Positions 1-10,533 are shown, counted from the first letter of the stretch. The stretch: DNA of 64,000 nucleotides from Gammaproteobacteria bacterium (GCA_965238175.1 CBDEGZ010000003.1:3136001-3200000), one strand, 5' to 3'. Made by a program: numbers and translations. Notes: generated from the letters alone by a model not told the origin.

Positions 1-1
1 A

Positions 2-904
2 GGAGAGGTTTTCGCCAATGTAGTCCCCCGACTCCTTGAGTCAACGGATTTTGATCTTAAAGATATTTCGGCGATTGGCAGTCACGGACAAACCGTCTTC
101 CACTCTCCCGATTCATCCCCGCCATTTTCTATACAACTCGGTGATCCAAATACAATAGCTGCAATGACTGGGATCAAAACAATCGCAGATTTTAGAAGTA
201 TGGATATTGCACTCGGTGGCCAAGGAGCCCCATTGGCCACCGCCTTCCATGAGGCCATGTTTAGAGAGAAAAATAAAACTCGAATCATTTTAAACTTAGG
301 TGGAATTGCTAACATAACTTTACTCCCTGCTTCCCGTTCAGAAAGTATTATTGGGTTTGATACTGGGCCAGCAAATGCTCTCATGGATGATTGGGTAGCA
401 AAGAACCAGGAGGGGGTACCATTTGATAGAGATGGACAATGGGGTAAGACGGGACATGTTATACCAGACCTTCTATCCAATATGCTCGAAGACAACTATT
501 TTCAAATTATTCCACCGAAAAGCACAGGTAGAGAATACTTCAATTTAGATTGGTTGGATAAAAAAATGGGAGTTGATCAACATAAACCTGAAGATATACA
601 GGCAACATTGCAACAGCTTACTGTTCAATCAATTACCTCGTCAATTGAAGCCTTTAAAATTGATCCAGATGATGTCATCGTCTGTGGCGGTGGTGCATAT
701 AATGGCTATCTAATCGACTTGCTTTCTATAGCTCTACAAGATATTCCAGTCACATCCTCTGCTATTTTTGGGATCGAACCTAACTCTGTCGAGGCAGTCG
801 CATTTGCATGGTTAGCGAAACGACGATTAGATAATTTACCTGGAAATATCCCTTCAGTAACCGGAGCGACAAAAGAAGTATTACTTGGCGCTATATATGG
901 TTAA
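2..904 (+). CDS. anmK: Anhydro-N-acetylmuramic acid kinase (5'-partial, runs off window start)
   Basis: Frame is open from base 2 (…AIGSHGQTVFHSP…). Motifs DFRSMDIALGGQGAPL, LNLGGIAN, GFDTGPAN, PKSTGRE, VEAVAFAWLA; typical location next to erpA. Confidence 0.95.
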   Translation, partial: GEVFANVVPRLLESTDFDLKDISAIGSHGQTVFHSPDSSPPFSIQLGDPNTIAAMTGIKTIADFRSMDIALGGQGAPLATAFHEAMFREKNKTRIILNLGGIANITLLPASRSESIIGFDTGPANALMDDWVAKNQEGVPFDRDGQWGKTGHVIPDLLSNMLEDNYFQIIPPKSTGREYFNLDWLDKKMGVDQHKPEDIQATLQQLTVQSITSSIEAFKIDPDDVIVCGGGAYNGYLIDLLSIALQDIPVTSSAIFGIEPNSVEAVAFAWLAKRRLDNLPGNIPSVTGATKEVLLGAIYG

Positions 905-918
905 TTTAGCGACTTAAT

Positions 919-1278
919 CTAAACTGAGAAAGACGATCCACAACCACAGGTGGTCGATGCGTTTGGATTTCTAATCACAAATTGAGCGCCTTCCAAACCT
1001 TCAGTATAGTCAATTTCTGAACCTTCCAGATATTGAATACTCATCGGGTCAACAAGTAATTTAACGCCACCTTTCTCAACAATTTCATCACCTTCAGTGA
1101 TGTTATCTTCGAAGGTAAAACCATACTGAAATCCAGAACAACCACCTCCAGAAATAAACACACGTAGCATTAAGCTTTCGTCCTTTTCTTCCTCGATCAA
1201 TTTTCGGACTTTATCTGCAGCCGCATCCGTGAAGATTAAAAGATCCTCTTCTTTAGCTATCTCTATTTTCGTTGCCAT
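919..1278 (-). CDS. erpA: Iron-sulfur cluster insertion protein ErpA
   Basis: [11 protein letters not shown] and [15 protein letters not shown]-type carrier motifs. Confidence 0.95.
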   Translation of the reverse strand: MATKIEIAKEEDLLIFTDAAADKVRKLIEEEKDESLMLRVFISGGGCSGFQYGFTFEDNITEGDEIVEKGGVKLLVDPMSIQYLEGSEIDYTEGLEGAQFVIRNPNASTTCGCGSSFSV

Positions 1279-1305
1279 TCCATTTATACCTTTAATATGT
1301 CTCCC

Positions 1306-1713
1306 TTACTCACTCTCATTATGTCCCAAGATCAACGGTGACTCAGCAGAGCCCGTCAATTGATGGATAAGTTGACCATTCACTTCGGCACCCATCGTCA
1401 TCTCAAGCAAATTATAATACACATTGCCTTCGACCCTGGCATTGGCTGCAAGTTCGATATGCTGGTGAGCATAGACATCGCCAATAACTGATCCATTCAA
1501 CACTAGATAAGGAACTCGAATTTCACCTTCTATGCTGCCCCTATCACTTACTGTTAAAACAGAGGTATCAGCATCATCAGAAATAATATTGCCAATCACT
1601 TTACCATCGACATGACATCCACCGGTAAAATTCACATCACCAGTAATGACAGTATGCTGGCCAATTAGAGAGTCTACCTGCGTTACTTTTCTTTTTTTCT
1701 TTTTACCTAACAC
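1306..1713 (-). CDS. Bactofilin / polymer-forming cytoskeletal protein (CcmA family)
   Basis: SLIG-x-TVITGDV-x-F-x-GG-x-HVDG beta-helix repeats; conserved argC-erpA synteny. Confidence 0.9.
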   Translation of the reverse strand: MLGKKKKRKVTQVDSLIGQHTVITGDVNFTGGCHVDGKVIGNIISDDADTSVLTVSDRGSIEGEIRVPYLVLNGSVIGDVYAHQHIELAANARVEGNVYYNLLEMTMGAEVNGQLIHQLTGSAESPLILGHNESE

Positions 1714-1724
1714 GTCTCAAATCC

Positions 1725-2459
1725 TCACACAATTATGTCAATCCATTGATAAACCTTCTCTATGCTAACTGCTTCGACCTCACTGGGCTGAACAATGACT
1801 TTAACTGCTTCAGGAGCAAAGTCATCTGGCAAGGTAAACATACCATCAATCCTCTTAAAATGTTTGATCTCAAAATGGAGATCTTTCTCACTATCGACAA
1901 GCAACTCTTTAAGATCGTAGTCTATCCTCCCACTTTTGCCAATCCCGACTAGCACAATAGAAACATCGCCTCTAGCCACTCTACCACCTTTGACGATATG
2001 CGTTAATATCAGTTCAAATTGATAACGTTGTTTATCGCTTGAAGACTCCAAACGAAAACCCTGGATCTTTAAACCACGGCCGCTGCTCGTTGAAGCAATA
2101 ATATTTTGATAAAAACCTAACTCCTGACGAAGCTCCTGATTTTCTTTTTCCAGAGTAAGTATTACTTTTCTAACCTCATCCTGCGCCGCCTTATCAACTT
2201 GTGCGATTCTATCAAGAGTAATCACTTTTGTTCGCAGTTCAGAAAGTTCTCGTTCCATTTCAACCTGCAACTCAGAAGGTTTAGAATCCATTTGCGACTT
2301 TTGCATAATGGCTTCTGACATTTCTTGATAAATGATCCGCCACTTTCCATAATCGAACAACAACCACCCACCAATTGAAAGAACGAGCAAAACGCAGAGC
2401 AAAACTAGAAACTTTTGTCGATGACCGTCTCGTTTGCGAGTTTGCATGTGTAACTGCAT
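1725..2459 (-). CDS. Membrane-anchored coiled-coil protein (DUF6776-like)
   Basis: N-terminal TM, coiled coil, ELGFYQNI…GLKIQ, F-x-LP-x-x-F-x-P; usual neighbour of bactofilin. Confidence 0.7.
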   Translation of the reverse strand: MQLHMQTRKRDGHRQKFLVLLCVLLVLSIGGWLLFDYGKWRIIYQEMSEAIMQKSQMDSKPSELQVEMERELSELRTKVITLDRIAQVDKAAQDEVRKVILTLEKENQELRQELGFYQNIIASTSSGRGLKIQGFRLESSSDKQRYQFELILTHIVKGGRVARGDVSIVLVGIGKSGRIDYDLKELLVDSEKDLHFEIKHFKRIDGMFTLPDDFAPEAVKVIVQPSEVEAVSIEKVYQWIDIIV

Positions 2460-2471
2460 AATCTTAAATAC

Positions 2472-3503
2472 TCACGGTACCAGTGGAACGTTCCGTAATC
2501 CGCGAGATTCTTCAAACCCAAACATGATATTCATATTTTGAACCGCCTGCCCTGCCGCACCTTTTTCCAGATTATCAATCACTGACAGAATAACCACTGT
2601 ATTGTTATTTTGAGGTTTGTGAACCGCTATTCGACAAACATTCGAACCTCTTACAGATCTTGTATCTGGGTATGAACCTGCTGGCAAAACATCTACAAAC
2701 GGTTCTCTGTCATAACGTTGCTCGAAGATCTGCTGCAAGTTTTCACTCTGATCGATCAGCTCACAATAAAGCGTCGCATGTATTCCTCTTAAAGTCGGTA
2801 ACAAATGCGGAACAAAAGTAACGCCAACATTTTTCCCTGCAATACTGCTCAAAGTTTGAGTAATCTCTGGGAGATGTCTATGACCCGGTACCGCATAAGC
2901 TTTAAAGTTATCACTCACTTCTGAATGGAGACTCGACAGCCTTAACTCTCTTCCAGCACCGCTAGCTCCCGATTTACAATCAGCGACTAAAGCACCTGTA
3001 GAAATAATATTTTTCTCAATTAGTGGTAAAAAACCCAATGTTGCTGCGGTTGGATAACAGCCTGGGTTTGCGACCAATCGAGCCGTTTTAATCTGATCAC
3101 GATTGATCTCTGGTAGACCATAAACAGCTTCCGCTAATAAATCCTCACAAGCATGCTCACAACCGTACCAATGCTGCCATTGGTCAACATCCTTCAACCT
3201 GAAATCAGCCGCCAGATCAATTATTTTTGTGCCCGCATTCAATAAGGCCTGAGCCATTTTCATCGCAGTTCCATTCGGCGTTGCAAGGAATACCAGATCA
3301 CACTCGGACAATGCATCAACGTCTGGTTCAGTAAAACTCAGAGCAATATAACCTCGTAATGCAGAATAAATATCTGCAACAAGCACACCGTTTTCTGAAC
3401 GTGATGTGACCATCTTCAGGTTGACATCAGAATGACTCACCAGTAGACGTAGTAGTGCCACACCAGTGTAACCAGTTCCACCAACCACACCAACATTGAT
3501 CAT
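2472..3503 (-). CDS. argC: N-acetyl-gamma-glutamyl-phosphate reductase
   Basis: [35 protein letters not shown]. Confidence 0.97.
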   Translation of the reverse strand: MINVGVVGGTGYTGVALLRLLVSHSDVNLKMVTSRSENGVLVADIYSALRGYIALSFTEPDVDALSECDLVFLATPNGTAMKMAQALLNAGTKIIDLAADFRLKDVDQWQHWYGCEHACEDLLAEAVYGLPEINRDQIKTARLVANPGCYPTAATLGFLPLIEKNIISTGALVADCKSGASGAGRELRLSSLHSEVSDNFKAYAVPGHRHLPEITQTLSSIAGKNVGVTFVPHLLPTLRGIHATLYCELIDQSENLQQIFEQRYDREPFVDVLPAGSYPDTRSVRGSNVCRIAVHKPQNNNTVVILSVIDNLEKGAAGQAVQNMNIMFGFEESRGLRNVPLVP

Positions 3504-3579
3504 GCCCTAAACTCTCCAGAAGAAGTTTGTTTGAAATTTATAAAGGAGGTTAATGATACGGACTGTGAGCAGAAAGCAC

Positions 3580-3669
3580 AAAAAGAAAAAGCGGCCGTAG
3601 CCGCTCAAAATTCTATTATTTTTATTATTATATTCCTAACACTAACAACAAGTTTTTGTCGTTAATGTT
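3580..3669 (-). ncRNA. Candidate ~90-nt small RNA (or leader) upstream of argC
   Basis: Minus-strand TTGACA(3704-3699)-N17-TATGCT(3681-3676) promoter, 14-bp 5' hairpin (3669-3638), A-rich AAN tract, terminator AGCGGC-UACG-GCCGCU plus U-run; no ORF. Confidence 0.55.
3581..3605 (-). terminator. Rho-independent terminator
   Basis: 6-bp GC stem with a cUACGg loop followed by TTTTCTTTTT on the minus strand. Confidence 0.65.
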
Positions 3670-3682
3670 GTGATAAGCATAA

Positions 3683-3698
3683 TGTGAAACAGTTCACA
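3683..3698. promoter_or_regulatory. CRP-type site inside the spacer of the minus-strand sigma-70 promoter
   Basis: TGTGA-AACAGT-TCACA, perfect TGTGA-N6-TCACA core. Confidence 0.6.
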
Positions 3699-3788
3699 TG
3701 TCAAGAGTTTGACACATTTATTGTTAAAGTTACATAAACTACCTTTGATTACTCCACAACATTAAAGCTAAACTCCTAACCCAATATT

Positions 3789-4310
3789 ATGGCCAAAAAA
3801 TCACAAACTATAAAATTCATACTGATCACAGCTATTATCCTCAGCGGCATGACTTATCTATACCAAAACCATCAAACGGCACCTTCAGATATTTCATTCA
3901 AAATCATAGACGGGCGCAAATTATCCTTGGAGCAATACCGCGGCAAGCCAGTCTTGATCGATTTTTGGTCAACCAACTGCGCAAGCTGCCTGAAAGAACT
4001 TCCAGATTTGATCGCCTTATATAATAAATTCTCACATGAAGGATTTGAGATCATCGGTGTCGCCATGCCATATGATCGTCCAGATTTGATCTTACAATCA
4101 GCTGAGAAACATAAAATCCCTTATCCCGTCTCACTCGACATAGATGGAGAAATAGCCCAAGCTTTTGGAGGTATCCAAGTCACGCCAACGCACTTCCTGA
4201 TCTCACCGGATGGAAATATTGTTGATCATATTATCGGCACGATTGATCCTGTTAAACTGCGCAACAAAATTAAATCGATGCTTCCACATCAGCCTTTGAC
4301 CCAATTATAA
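3789..4310 (+). CDS. TlpA-family thiol-disulfide oxidoreductase
   Basis: N-terminal TM; DFWSTNCASC (CxxC); TPTHFLI cis-Pro loop. Confidence 0.88.
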   Translation: MAKKSQTIKFILITAIILSGMTYLYQNHQTAPSDISFKIIDGRKLSLEQYRGKPVLIDFWSTNCASCLKELPDLIALYNKFSHEGFEIIGVAMPYDRPDLILQSAEKHKIPYPVSLDIDGEIAQAFGGIQVTPTHFLISPDGNIVDHIIGTIDPVKLRNKIKSMLPHQPLTQL

Positions 4311-4334
4311 AAAAACACGCTATGCTTTATATTC

Positions 4335-4754
4335 ATGTTATATATTAAGGCTTTCCACATAATCTTTATGGTCACCTGGTTTGCCGGGCTTTTTTATCTA
4401 CCGCGTTTATTCGTTTATCACGCCATGAGTGACGATCAAATCAGTAATGATCGTTTCAAGATCATGGAACGGAAACTCTTCTACGGCATCATGACACCCG
4501 GTGCAATTCTCACCATTGCTTTTGGACTTTGGATGATTGCGAAAGTGGGGATTAGTAACTATGGCAGCTGGCTTCACCTCAAATTAGCATTGGTCGGCAT
4601 ATTGATCATTTACCACTTCTACTGCGGCAAATGTTTGATCGACTTTAAACATGACCGCAACACCCACAGCCACATTTTTTACCGTTGGCTAAATGAATTC
4701 CCCGTACTATTGATTATCCCAATTGTGATCCTCGCTGTTGTTAGACCATTTTGA
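4335..4754 (+). CDS. hemJ: Protoporphyrinogen IX oxidase HemJ
   Basis: KAFHIIFMVTWFAGLFYLPRLFVYH, MERKL, NEFP. Confidence 0.93.
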   Translation: MLYIKAFHIIFMVTWFAGLFYLPRLFVYHAMSDDQISNDRFKIMERKLFYGIMTPGAILTIAFGLWMIAKVGISNYGSWLHLKLALVGILIIYHFYCGKCLIDFKHDRNTHSHIFYRWLNEFPVLLIIPIVILAVVRPF

Positions 4755-5557
4755 GCAAAACATCTAATAAATCAAAAACCGTACTCGTTTTTGCTGGACA
4801 TGATCCAACCGGCGGTGCTGGCATTCAAGCAGATATCGAAACAACTGCCGCTTTGGGCGGACACTGCTGCCCGATCATCACAACACAAACTATTCAGAAC
4901 ACAGAATCATTGATAGAAACACAAGCTATCAATCCTGATTGGATCAAAAGACAAACCGATCATTTACTCAAAGATATCAGTCCCAACGCGATCAAAATCG
5001 GGCTACTCTCATCTACTGAAACTGTCGAGGCAATCGTAGAATGCCTCATCGAAAACAACTTAACCGATCTTCCCATCGTTTTAGATCCTGTCTTACGATC
5101 AGGCTCAGGAACCGACTTATCCAATGATAATTTAGTGGCTACGATCAAAGATAAACTCTTACCACTCACCACAATTATTACACCCAATAATCATGAAGCA
5201 AGAACATTAAGCGCTTTAAACCCTTTAGACAAAGCAGCAAAAAAATTAATCAAACAAGGTTGTCGATTTGTCCTGATCACCGGAGCAGATGAAGCCGATC
5301 AAATAGTAAAAAATCGCTTATACGGACAAAACGGTTTGATCGAGATTTATAGTTTTGAAAAATTACCTGGCACTTTTCATGGATCAGGTTGTACCTTGTC
5401 GTCAGCAATTGCAACACTACTAGCAGAAGGCTTGAATATCCGAACAGCAATTGAACAAGCACAAACCTATACTTGGAACTCACTTAAGGCGGGTTATCAT
5501 GTTGGACAAAAACAAAAAACGCCTAAAAGAATAATGGATATCAGTAGATCATGTTAG
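4751..5557 (+). CDS. thiD: Hydroxymethylpyrimidine/phosphomethylpyrimidine kinase
   Basis: AGHDPTGGAGIQAD, VLDPV, ITPN, HGSGCTLSSA. Confidence 0.9.
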   Translation: MSKTSNKSKTVLVFAGHDPTGGAGIQADIETTAALGGHCCPIITTQTIQNTESLIETQAINPDWIKRQTDHLLKDISPNAIKIGLLSSTETVEAIVECLIENNLTDLPIVLDPVLRSGSGTDLSNDNLVATIKDKLLPLTTIITPNNHEARTLSALNPLDKAAKKLIKQGCRFVLITGADEADQIVKNRLYGQNGLIEIYSFEKLPGTFHGSGCTLSSAIATLLAEGLNIRTAIEQAQTYTWNSLKAGYHVGQKQKTPKRIMDISRSC

Positions 5558-6105
5558 CACAGCGTAATCCGATAAAATTGATGTTTGCTTATGCTGTGTT
5601 AAACAAACCTACAACAATTATCAAACTAGAGGAACAAATAAAAAAATTTATCGTGTTCTTGTTATACGCAATTGGTGGTTTAATTGGAGTGCTAGTTTTT
5701 ACAACGGAATTGGCTGCACAGGATATAAAAAGTGGAAGAGTTTGTTTAGCGCCTTTACCCATTCTTGATAAAGGGCAGGAGACACCTTGGAAAATCGTTA
5801 ATAACAAGAACGAAACAAATTACTCTGTTCAGATCAATGATAAGGCTCCAGTTAGACTATCAACAACGAAGGTTCATTGGGTGCCAGATTTAGATTTAGA
5901 TAAATTCCATCAAGCAGTTGTATTGATTGACGAAAAGAAGGCAGAATCATTTAACTTTACAATTGAAGCTAAAAGTTTGAGGAATAAGTCCAAACCTGAT
6001 TTGTGTTTATTTGTGAATTCACTCTATCTAACTTGGCAGATCTGGCCTGTGGAAAAAACGGGCAAATGGTGTCCATGTTGGTCAAATGATCTTTTGAAGA
6101 GATAG
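5551..6105 (+). CDS. Hypothetical exported/membrane protein; true start uncertain
   Basis: 184-aa ORF with a hydrophobic segment and paired Cys; lies in an insertion between thiD and thiE. Confidence 0.5.
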   Translation: MLAQRNPIKLMFAYAVLNKPTTIIKLEEQIKKFIVFLLYAIGGLIGVLVFTTELAAQDIKSGRVCLAPLPILDKGQETPWKIVNNKNETNYSVQINDKAPVRLSTTKVHWVPDLDLDKFHQAVVLIDEKKAESFNFTIEAKSLRNKSKPDLCLFVNSLYLTWQIWPVEKTGKWCPCWSNDLLKR

Positions 6106-6504
6106 TAATGACCATTGGAGAATTCCCTAACAAAGGTATGCAGCGAATTGCTGTGGCTAAACCACTCTCAATAAAACAGACCTAAACAACTTTATTATCA
6201 AATCGAAAATATTCGACCAAACAAACATGTTCCTAATGTTTTCAAAGATTATGGTGATATAAATTATCCTGAATTTTCTGATATCGACTATAAATTAATT
6301 CAAGCCTACAGATGAAGCTATACTTTTAGGTGGTTGTTTCGATAACAAGATATATTTACACTTTGGTGGTCTCAGATCTAATTCGAACCGAAATAAAAAA
6401 CGAACTATTGTCTTAAAGTTGGAATGAATATCCTCAGATAAATAAAACCCTATGGTAAAGAATCAATCAACTAATTCTTTTTAAACTAAATTTAGTAATA
6501 AATA

Positions 6505-6834
6505 ATGACCTACACTTATCTAGCAATCGCCATCATCGCTGAAGTTATCGCGACTAGTGCATTAAAAGCCTCGCAAGAATTTAGCCAACTGATCCCTAGC
6601 ATTCTAGTCATAGCTGGATATGCAATTGCATTTTATTTTATGACGCTGGTTTTACGTGTACTTCCTATTGGAATTACCTATGCGATTTGGTCTGGTTTGG
6701 GCATCATACTTGTCGCAATAATTGGCTTTTTTGCCTACAAGGAAACACCTGATTTACCTGCAATCCTTGGAATGACTTTGATTATCGCAGGTGTTGTGGT
6801 TATTCATTTATTTTCCAATAATGTGGATCATTAA
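6505..6834 (+). CDS. SMR-family small multidrug efflux transporter (EmrE/QacE-like)
   Basis: AIIAEVIATSALK (conserved Glu), YAIWSGLG, four TMs. Confidence 0.9.
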   Translation: MTYTYLAIAIIAEVIATSALKASQEFSQLIPSILVIAGYAIAFYFMTLVLRVLPIGITYAIWSGLGIILVAIIGFFAYKETPDLPAILGMTLIIAGVVVIHLFSNNVDH

Positions 6835-6883
6835 TTCGCCATCTAAATAATCGTTTTTAAAGAAAAAAGCCACATATACACCA

Positions 6884-7489
6884 ATGATTTCTCTCCTCAA
6901 AAAAGGACTCTATGCAATCACCAACAATAATGATCCACTTAAAAATGTTGAAGCCATTTTAAAAGCAGGCACCGTCATTCTCCAATATAGAGAAAAAACA
7001 AATCCTGATCCGAAATATGCAAAAAAACTAATACTACTTTGTCGCAATCATAAAGCTATTTTCATCATCAATGATGATCCACACCTGGCAAAAATGATCG
7101 GCGCTGACGGAGTACACATAGGCGAGAAAGATGGTTCTTATCAGCAAGCAAGAAAACTATTAGGAAAAAAAGCAATCATCGGAATTTCTTGTTACGACTC
7201 GCTTGAACTTGCAATTGAGGCTGAACAACTAGGAGCGAACTATGTCGCTTTCGGTACCTTCTACCCATCTAAAACTAAACAGAACACCCGTCGACCAAAC
7301 CTTGATCTGCTGACGCAAGCCAAAAAGAAACTTTCTATTCCCATAGTTGCGATCGGCGGCATTACACCGGAAAATGCACCTCCATTAATTGCCGCAGGTG
7401 CTGATTATATCGCCGCAATCCACGGCGTGTTCGGACAATCAGATCCTGGCAAAGTAGCTAAAGAATACAAAGAACTATTTGAGGAATAA
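6884..7489 (+). CDS. thiE: Thiamine-phosphate synthase
   Basis: LQYREK, IINDD, DGVHIG, GISC, VAIGGI. Confidence 0.95.
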   Translation: MISLLKKGLYAITNNNDPLKNVEAILKAGTVILQYREKTNPDPKYAKKLILLCRNHKAIFIINDDPHLAKMIGADGVHIGEKDGSYQQARKLLGKKAIIGISCYDSLELAIEAEQLGANYVAFGTFYPSKTKQNTRRPNLDLLTQAKKKLSIPIVAIGGITPENAPPLIAAGADYIAAIHGVFGQSDPGKVAKEYKELFEE

Positions 7490-7493
7490 TTGA

Positions 7494-8774
7494 ATGACCA
7501 AATCAGCAGAACTTTTTCAACAAGCTCAAAAACATATTCCCGGTGGCGTAAATTCACCGGTGCGTGCATTCAAAGGTGTTGGTGGCGATCCTATCTTTTT
7601 CAAAAAAGCCAAAGGTGCTTATCTGATCGACGACGATGACAATCGCTATATTGATTACGTTGGTTCTTGGGGGCCAATGATAGTCGGTCATGCACATCCT
7701 ATGGTGATTTCTGCGGTACAAGAAACAGCAGCAAACGGATTAAGCTTCGGCGCACCAACGGCGATTGAGATTGTACTGGCAGAAATGGTTTGCGAACTTG
7801 TACCTTCGATCGAAAAGGTCCGTATGGTCAGTTCAGGAACGGAAGCCACCATGAGCGCAATCCGTCTGGCACGAGGTTACACAGGCCGCGACAAGATCGT
7901 TAAATTTGAAGGTTGTTACCACGGCCATGCTGACTCTCTGTTGGTAAAAGCCGGTTCCGGTGCATTGACATTAGGCGTTCCTAGTTCGGCCGGTGTCCCT
8001 GAAGGTTTGGCCGAACACACTATTACGCTAACGTATAACAATATTGAAGAAGTTGAAAAAGTATTCGCAGAAATCGGCGATCAAATTGCAGCCATTATTG
8101 TTGAACCTGTCGCAGGTAATATGAATTGTATTCCACCCGTATCTGGATTCCTCGAAGGCTTACGATCCGTCACTGAAAAACATGGCAGCGTTTTGATCAT
8201 CGATGAAGTGATGACAGGCTTTCGTGTCGCGCTCGGTGGCGCTCAAGCGCATTATGGCATTACGCCAGATTTGACAACGCTAGGCAAAGTTCTTGGTGGC
8301 GGTATGCCCGTTGGAGCCTTTGGTGGTAAAAAAGAAATTATGGATCATATAGCGCCAGATGGTCCCGTTTATCAGGCAGGTACTTTATCTGGTAATCCGG
8401 TTGCCATGGCTGCTGGACTTGCAACACTAGAATTGATCGCAAAACCTGACTTTCATAAATCACTGGCCGCAACTACAAAGATGTTAGTAAATGGTATTCA
8501 AACAGCAGCAGATAAAACAGAGATCCCACTAACAACGAATCAGGTTGGTGGCATGTTTGGACTGTTTTTTACCGAAGAGAAAAACATCACCTCATTTGCC
8601 CAGGTGATGAAATGTGATCAGGAACGCTTCAAAAAGTTTTTTCATTCCATGTTGAAAGAAGGTATTTATCTAGCACCTTCGGCTTTTGAAACAGGTTTCG
8701 TATCTAGCAAACATAGTAATAAAGAAATAGAAGAGACGATCAACGCTGCTGAAAAAGTTTTCTCGACCTTATGA
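7494..8774 (+). CDS. hemL: Glutamate-1-semialdehyde 2,1-aminomutase
   Basis: [41 protein letters not shown]. Confidence 0.98.
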   Translation: MTKSAELFQQAQKHIPGGVNSPVRAFKGVGGDPIFFKKAKGAYLIDDDDNRYIDYVGSWGPMIVGHAHPMVISAVQETAANGLSFGAPTAIEIVLAEMVCELVPSIEKVRMVSSGTEATMSAIRLARGYTGRDKIVKFEGCYHGHADSLLVKAGSGALTLGVPSSAGVPEGLAEHTITLTYNNIEEVEKVFAEIGDQIAAIIVEPVAGNMNCIPPVSGFLEGLRSVTEKHGSVLIIDEVMTGFRVALGGAQAHYGITPDLTTLGKVLGGGMPVGAFGGKKEIMDHIAPDGPVYQAGTLSGNPVAMAAGLATLELIAKPDFHKSLAATTKMLVNGIQTAADKTEIPLTTNQVGGMFGLFFTEEKNITSFAQVMKCDQERFKKFFHSMLKEGIYLAPSAFETGFVSSKHSNKEIEETINAAEKVFSTL

Positions 8775-8838
8775 TTTCGAACAACACTAGCTTCGAATAA
8801 TTCGGTATCTTAAATCTTGGGCTTCAAATTTAGGGCAT

Positions 8839-8878
8839 AAAAAAACCCGGTAAGAATCGCTTCTATACCGGGCTTTCT
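8839..8878. terminator. Probable bidirectional terminator between convergent hemL and pqqA
   Basis: A7-CCCGGTA-AGAA…TTCT-A-TACCGGG-CTTTCTT hairpin. Confidence 0.6.
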
Positions 8879-8892
8879 TAATTCTTTAAATC

Positions 8893-8967
8893 TTAACGAT
8901 TCATGATGTACATTGTTACTTCAAAACCGAATCTTAGATCTTCGTATGCTGGAGTTTCCCATTTCAT
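8893..8967 (-). CDS. pqqA: Pyrroloquinoline quinone precursor peptide PqqA (24 aa, not in ORF track)
   Basis: Translates MKWETPAYEDLRFGFEVTMYIMNR*, with the hallmark E-x3-Y; AGGAG RBS upstream. Confidence 0.95.
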   Translation of the reverse strand: MKWETPAYEDLRFGFEVTMYIMNR

Positions 8968-9031
8968 GATATTTCTCCTATCAGTTGTTTATAAAATTGG
9001 TAGAACCAAATTGTCTACTTATAATCTATAT

Positions 9032-9048
9032 AGCACCTGACATGCCAA
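9032..9048 (-). promoter_or_regulatory. Sigma-54 (-24/-12) promoter of pqqA
   Basis: Minus strand TTGGCATGTCAGGTGCT versus consensus YTGGCACG-N4-TTGCW; GG-N10-GC spacing is correct. Confidence 0.7.
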
Positions 9049-9155
9049 CTTTTTAAAATTTCCTTATAAAATCGTATAATTCATTAATATTCAATAGCTT
9101 AAATTGTCTATCGTAATATTCTGGCTAACGCCGCCGATCGATATTTATTGCTTTT

Positions 9156-9196
9156 TTGGTTGTTATTAACCAACAACATGGTTGTTCTATAACCAA
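9156..9196. promoter_or_regulatory. Tandem palindromic operator/enhancer sites
   Basis: TTGGTT-GTTATT-AACCAA (9156-9173) and TGGTT-GTTCTAT-AACCA (9179-9195), 110-150 bp upstream of the sigma-54 site. Confidence 0.5.
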
Positions 9197-9378
9197 CTGT
9201 TTGTTTGACTCAATCCTTAACATATGAAGATCGCCATATACAAAACCCATCCAAACAAGATTCAATCCATACCCTTCAGAAAATGCGTATTGGGAGTCAT
9301 TCCATCTTGAGGTAGAATTGCCGATCTTAACCTCTCAAGAACATTAATAAATTTCGTTTCAACACGGAGAATAATAAA

Positions 9379-10533
9379 GTGAAAATTGTAATTGCGCCTG
9401 ACTCTTTCAAAGAAAACCTGACTTCAATGCAAGTTGCGACCTGTATCGAAAAAGGCATTAAAAAAGTTTTACCAAAAGCCAAATGTTTTAAAGTCCCCAT
9501 GGCCGATGGTGGTGAAGGTACAGTTCAATCTCTAGTTGATGCAACAGGCGGAAAAATTGTACGTAAAAAAGTCACCGGCCCTGCTGGTAATCAAGTTACA
9601 GCACGTTATGGTTTATTGGGTGATGGCGTAACCGGCGTGATCGAAATGGCGGAAGCTTCTGGCTTACACTTAGTCGAAAAAGCAAAACGAGATCCATTAA
9701 CAGCTTCAACCTTCGGTACCGGCGAATTGATCGCAGACGCAATGAAGAAAGGCATTAAAACAATCATCATTGGCTTGGGTGGATCAGCAACAGTCGATGG
9801 TGGCGCAGGAATGGCGCAAGCACTCGGCGTTCGCTTTTTAGATCAAAAAGGAAATGAAATCACACAACACCTGGGCGGCGGCATGTTGAAAAACATCGCG
9901 ACCATCGACATGAGCCAGGCTAACCCTTTGATCAAAAAAACCAAGATTATTATTGCTTCAGATGTTGTAAACCCTCTCTCAGGTAAACAAGGTGCAGCAC
10001 ATGTTTTCGGCCCACAAAAAGGCGCAACGCCAGCACAAGTTAAAACGCTGGATGACAATCTCAAATACTTTGGTCAGCTGATCAAAAAGCAACTTAAAAA
10101 AGACATCGCAGCAAAACCGGGCGCTGGCGCTGCTGGTGGTTTAGGCGCAGCACTGATGGCCCTCACACGATCAAATATGAAACGCGGTGTAGATCTGATC
10201 GTGAAAATGACAGACTTAGAAAAATATTTAAAAGGAGCTGATCTGGTTATTACTGGCGAAGGTCGAGTCGACTTCCAAACCGCTTTCGGTAAAACACCAG
10301 CAGGCGTTGCAAAAGCGGCGAAAAGACATAAAGTACCTGTCGTTGCGATAGGTGGTTGTTTAGCCGATGACGCACGCGGCGTTTTTGATCACGGCATCCA
10401 TGGTCTTGATGCCGCCGCTGCAAAAGACATGAGTTTTGAAACAGCGATTAAAGATTCACGTAAACATTTAGAACTCGCTGGTGAGCGTGTGATCAGAATG
10501 CTGTTAATCGGGAAGAAAATGGCGAAGAAGTAA
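9379..10533 (+). CDS. Glycerate kinase (GlxK/GarK family)
   Basis: IAPDSFK, PMADGGEGT, IEMAEASG, GLGGSATVDGG, TGEGRVD. Confidence 0.95.
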   Translation: MKIVIAPDSFKENLTSMQVATCIEKGIKKVLPKAKCFKVPMADGGEGTVQSLVDATGGKIVRKKVTGPAGNQVTARYGLLGDGVTGVIEMAEASGLHLVEKAKRDPLTASTFGTGELIADAMKKGIKTIIIGLGGSATVDGGAGMAQALGVRFLDQKGNEITQHLGGGMLKNIATIDMSQANPLIKKTKIIIASDVVNPLSGKQGAAHVFGPQKGATPAQVKTLDDNLKYFGQLIKKQLKKDIAAKPGAGAAGGLGAALMALTRSNMKRGVDLIVKMTDLEKYLKGADLVITGEGRVDFQTAFGKTPAGVAKAAKRHKVPVVAIGGCLADDARGVFDHGIHGLDAAAAKDMSFETAIKDSRKHLELAGERVIRMLLIGKKMAKK

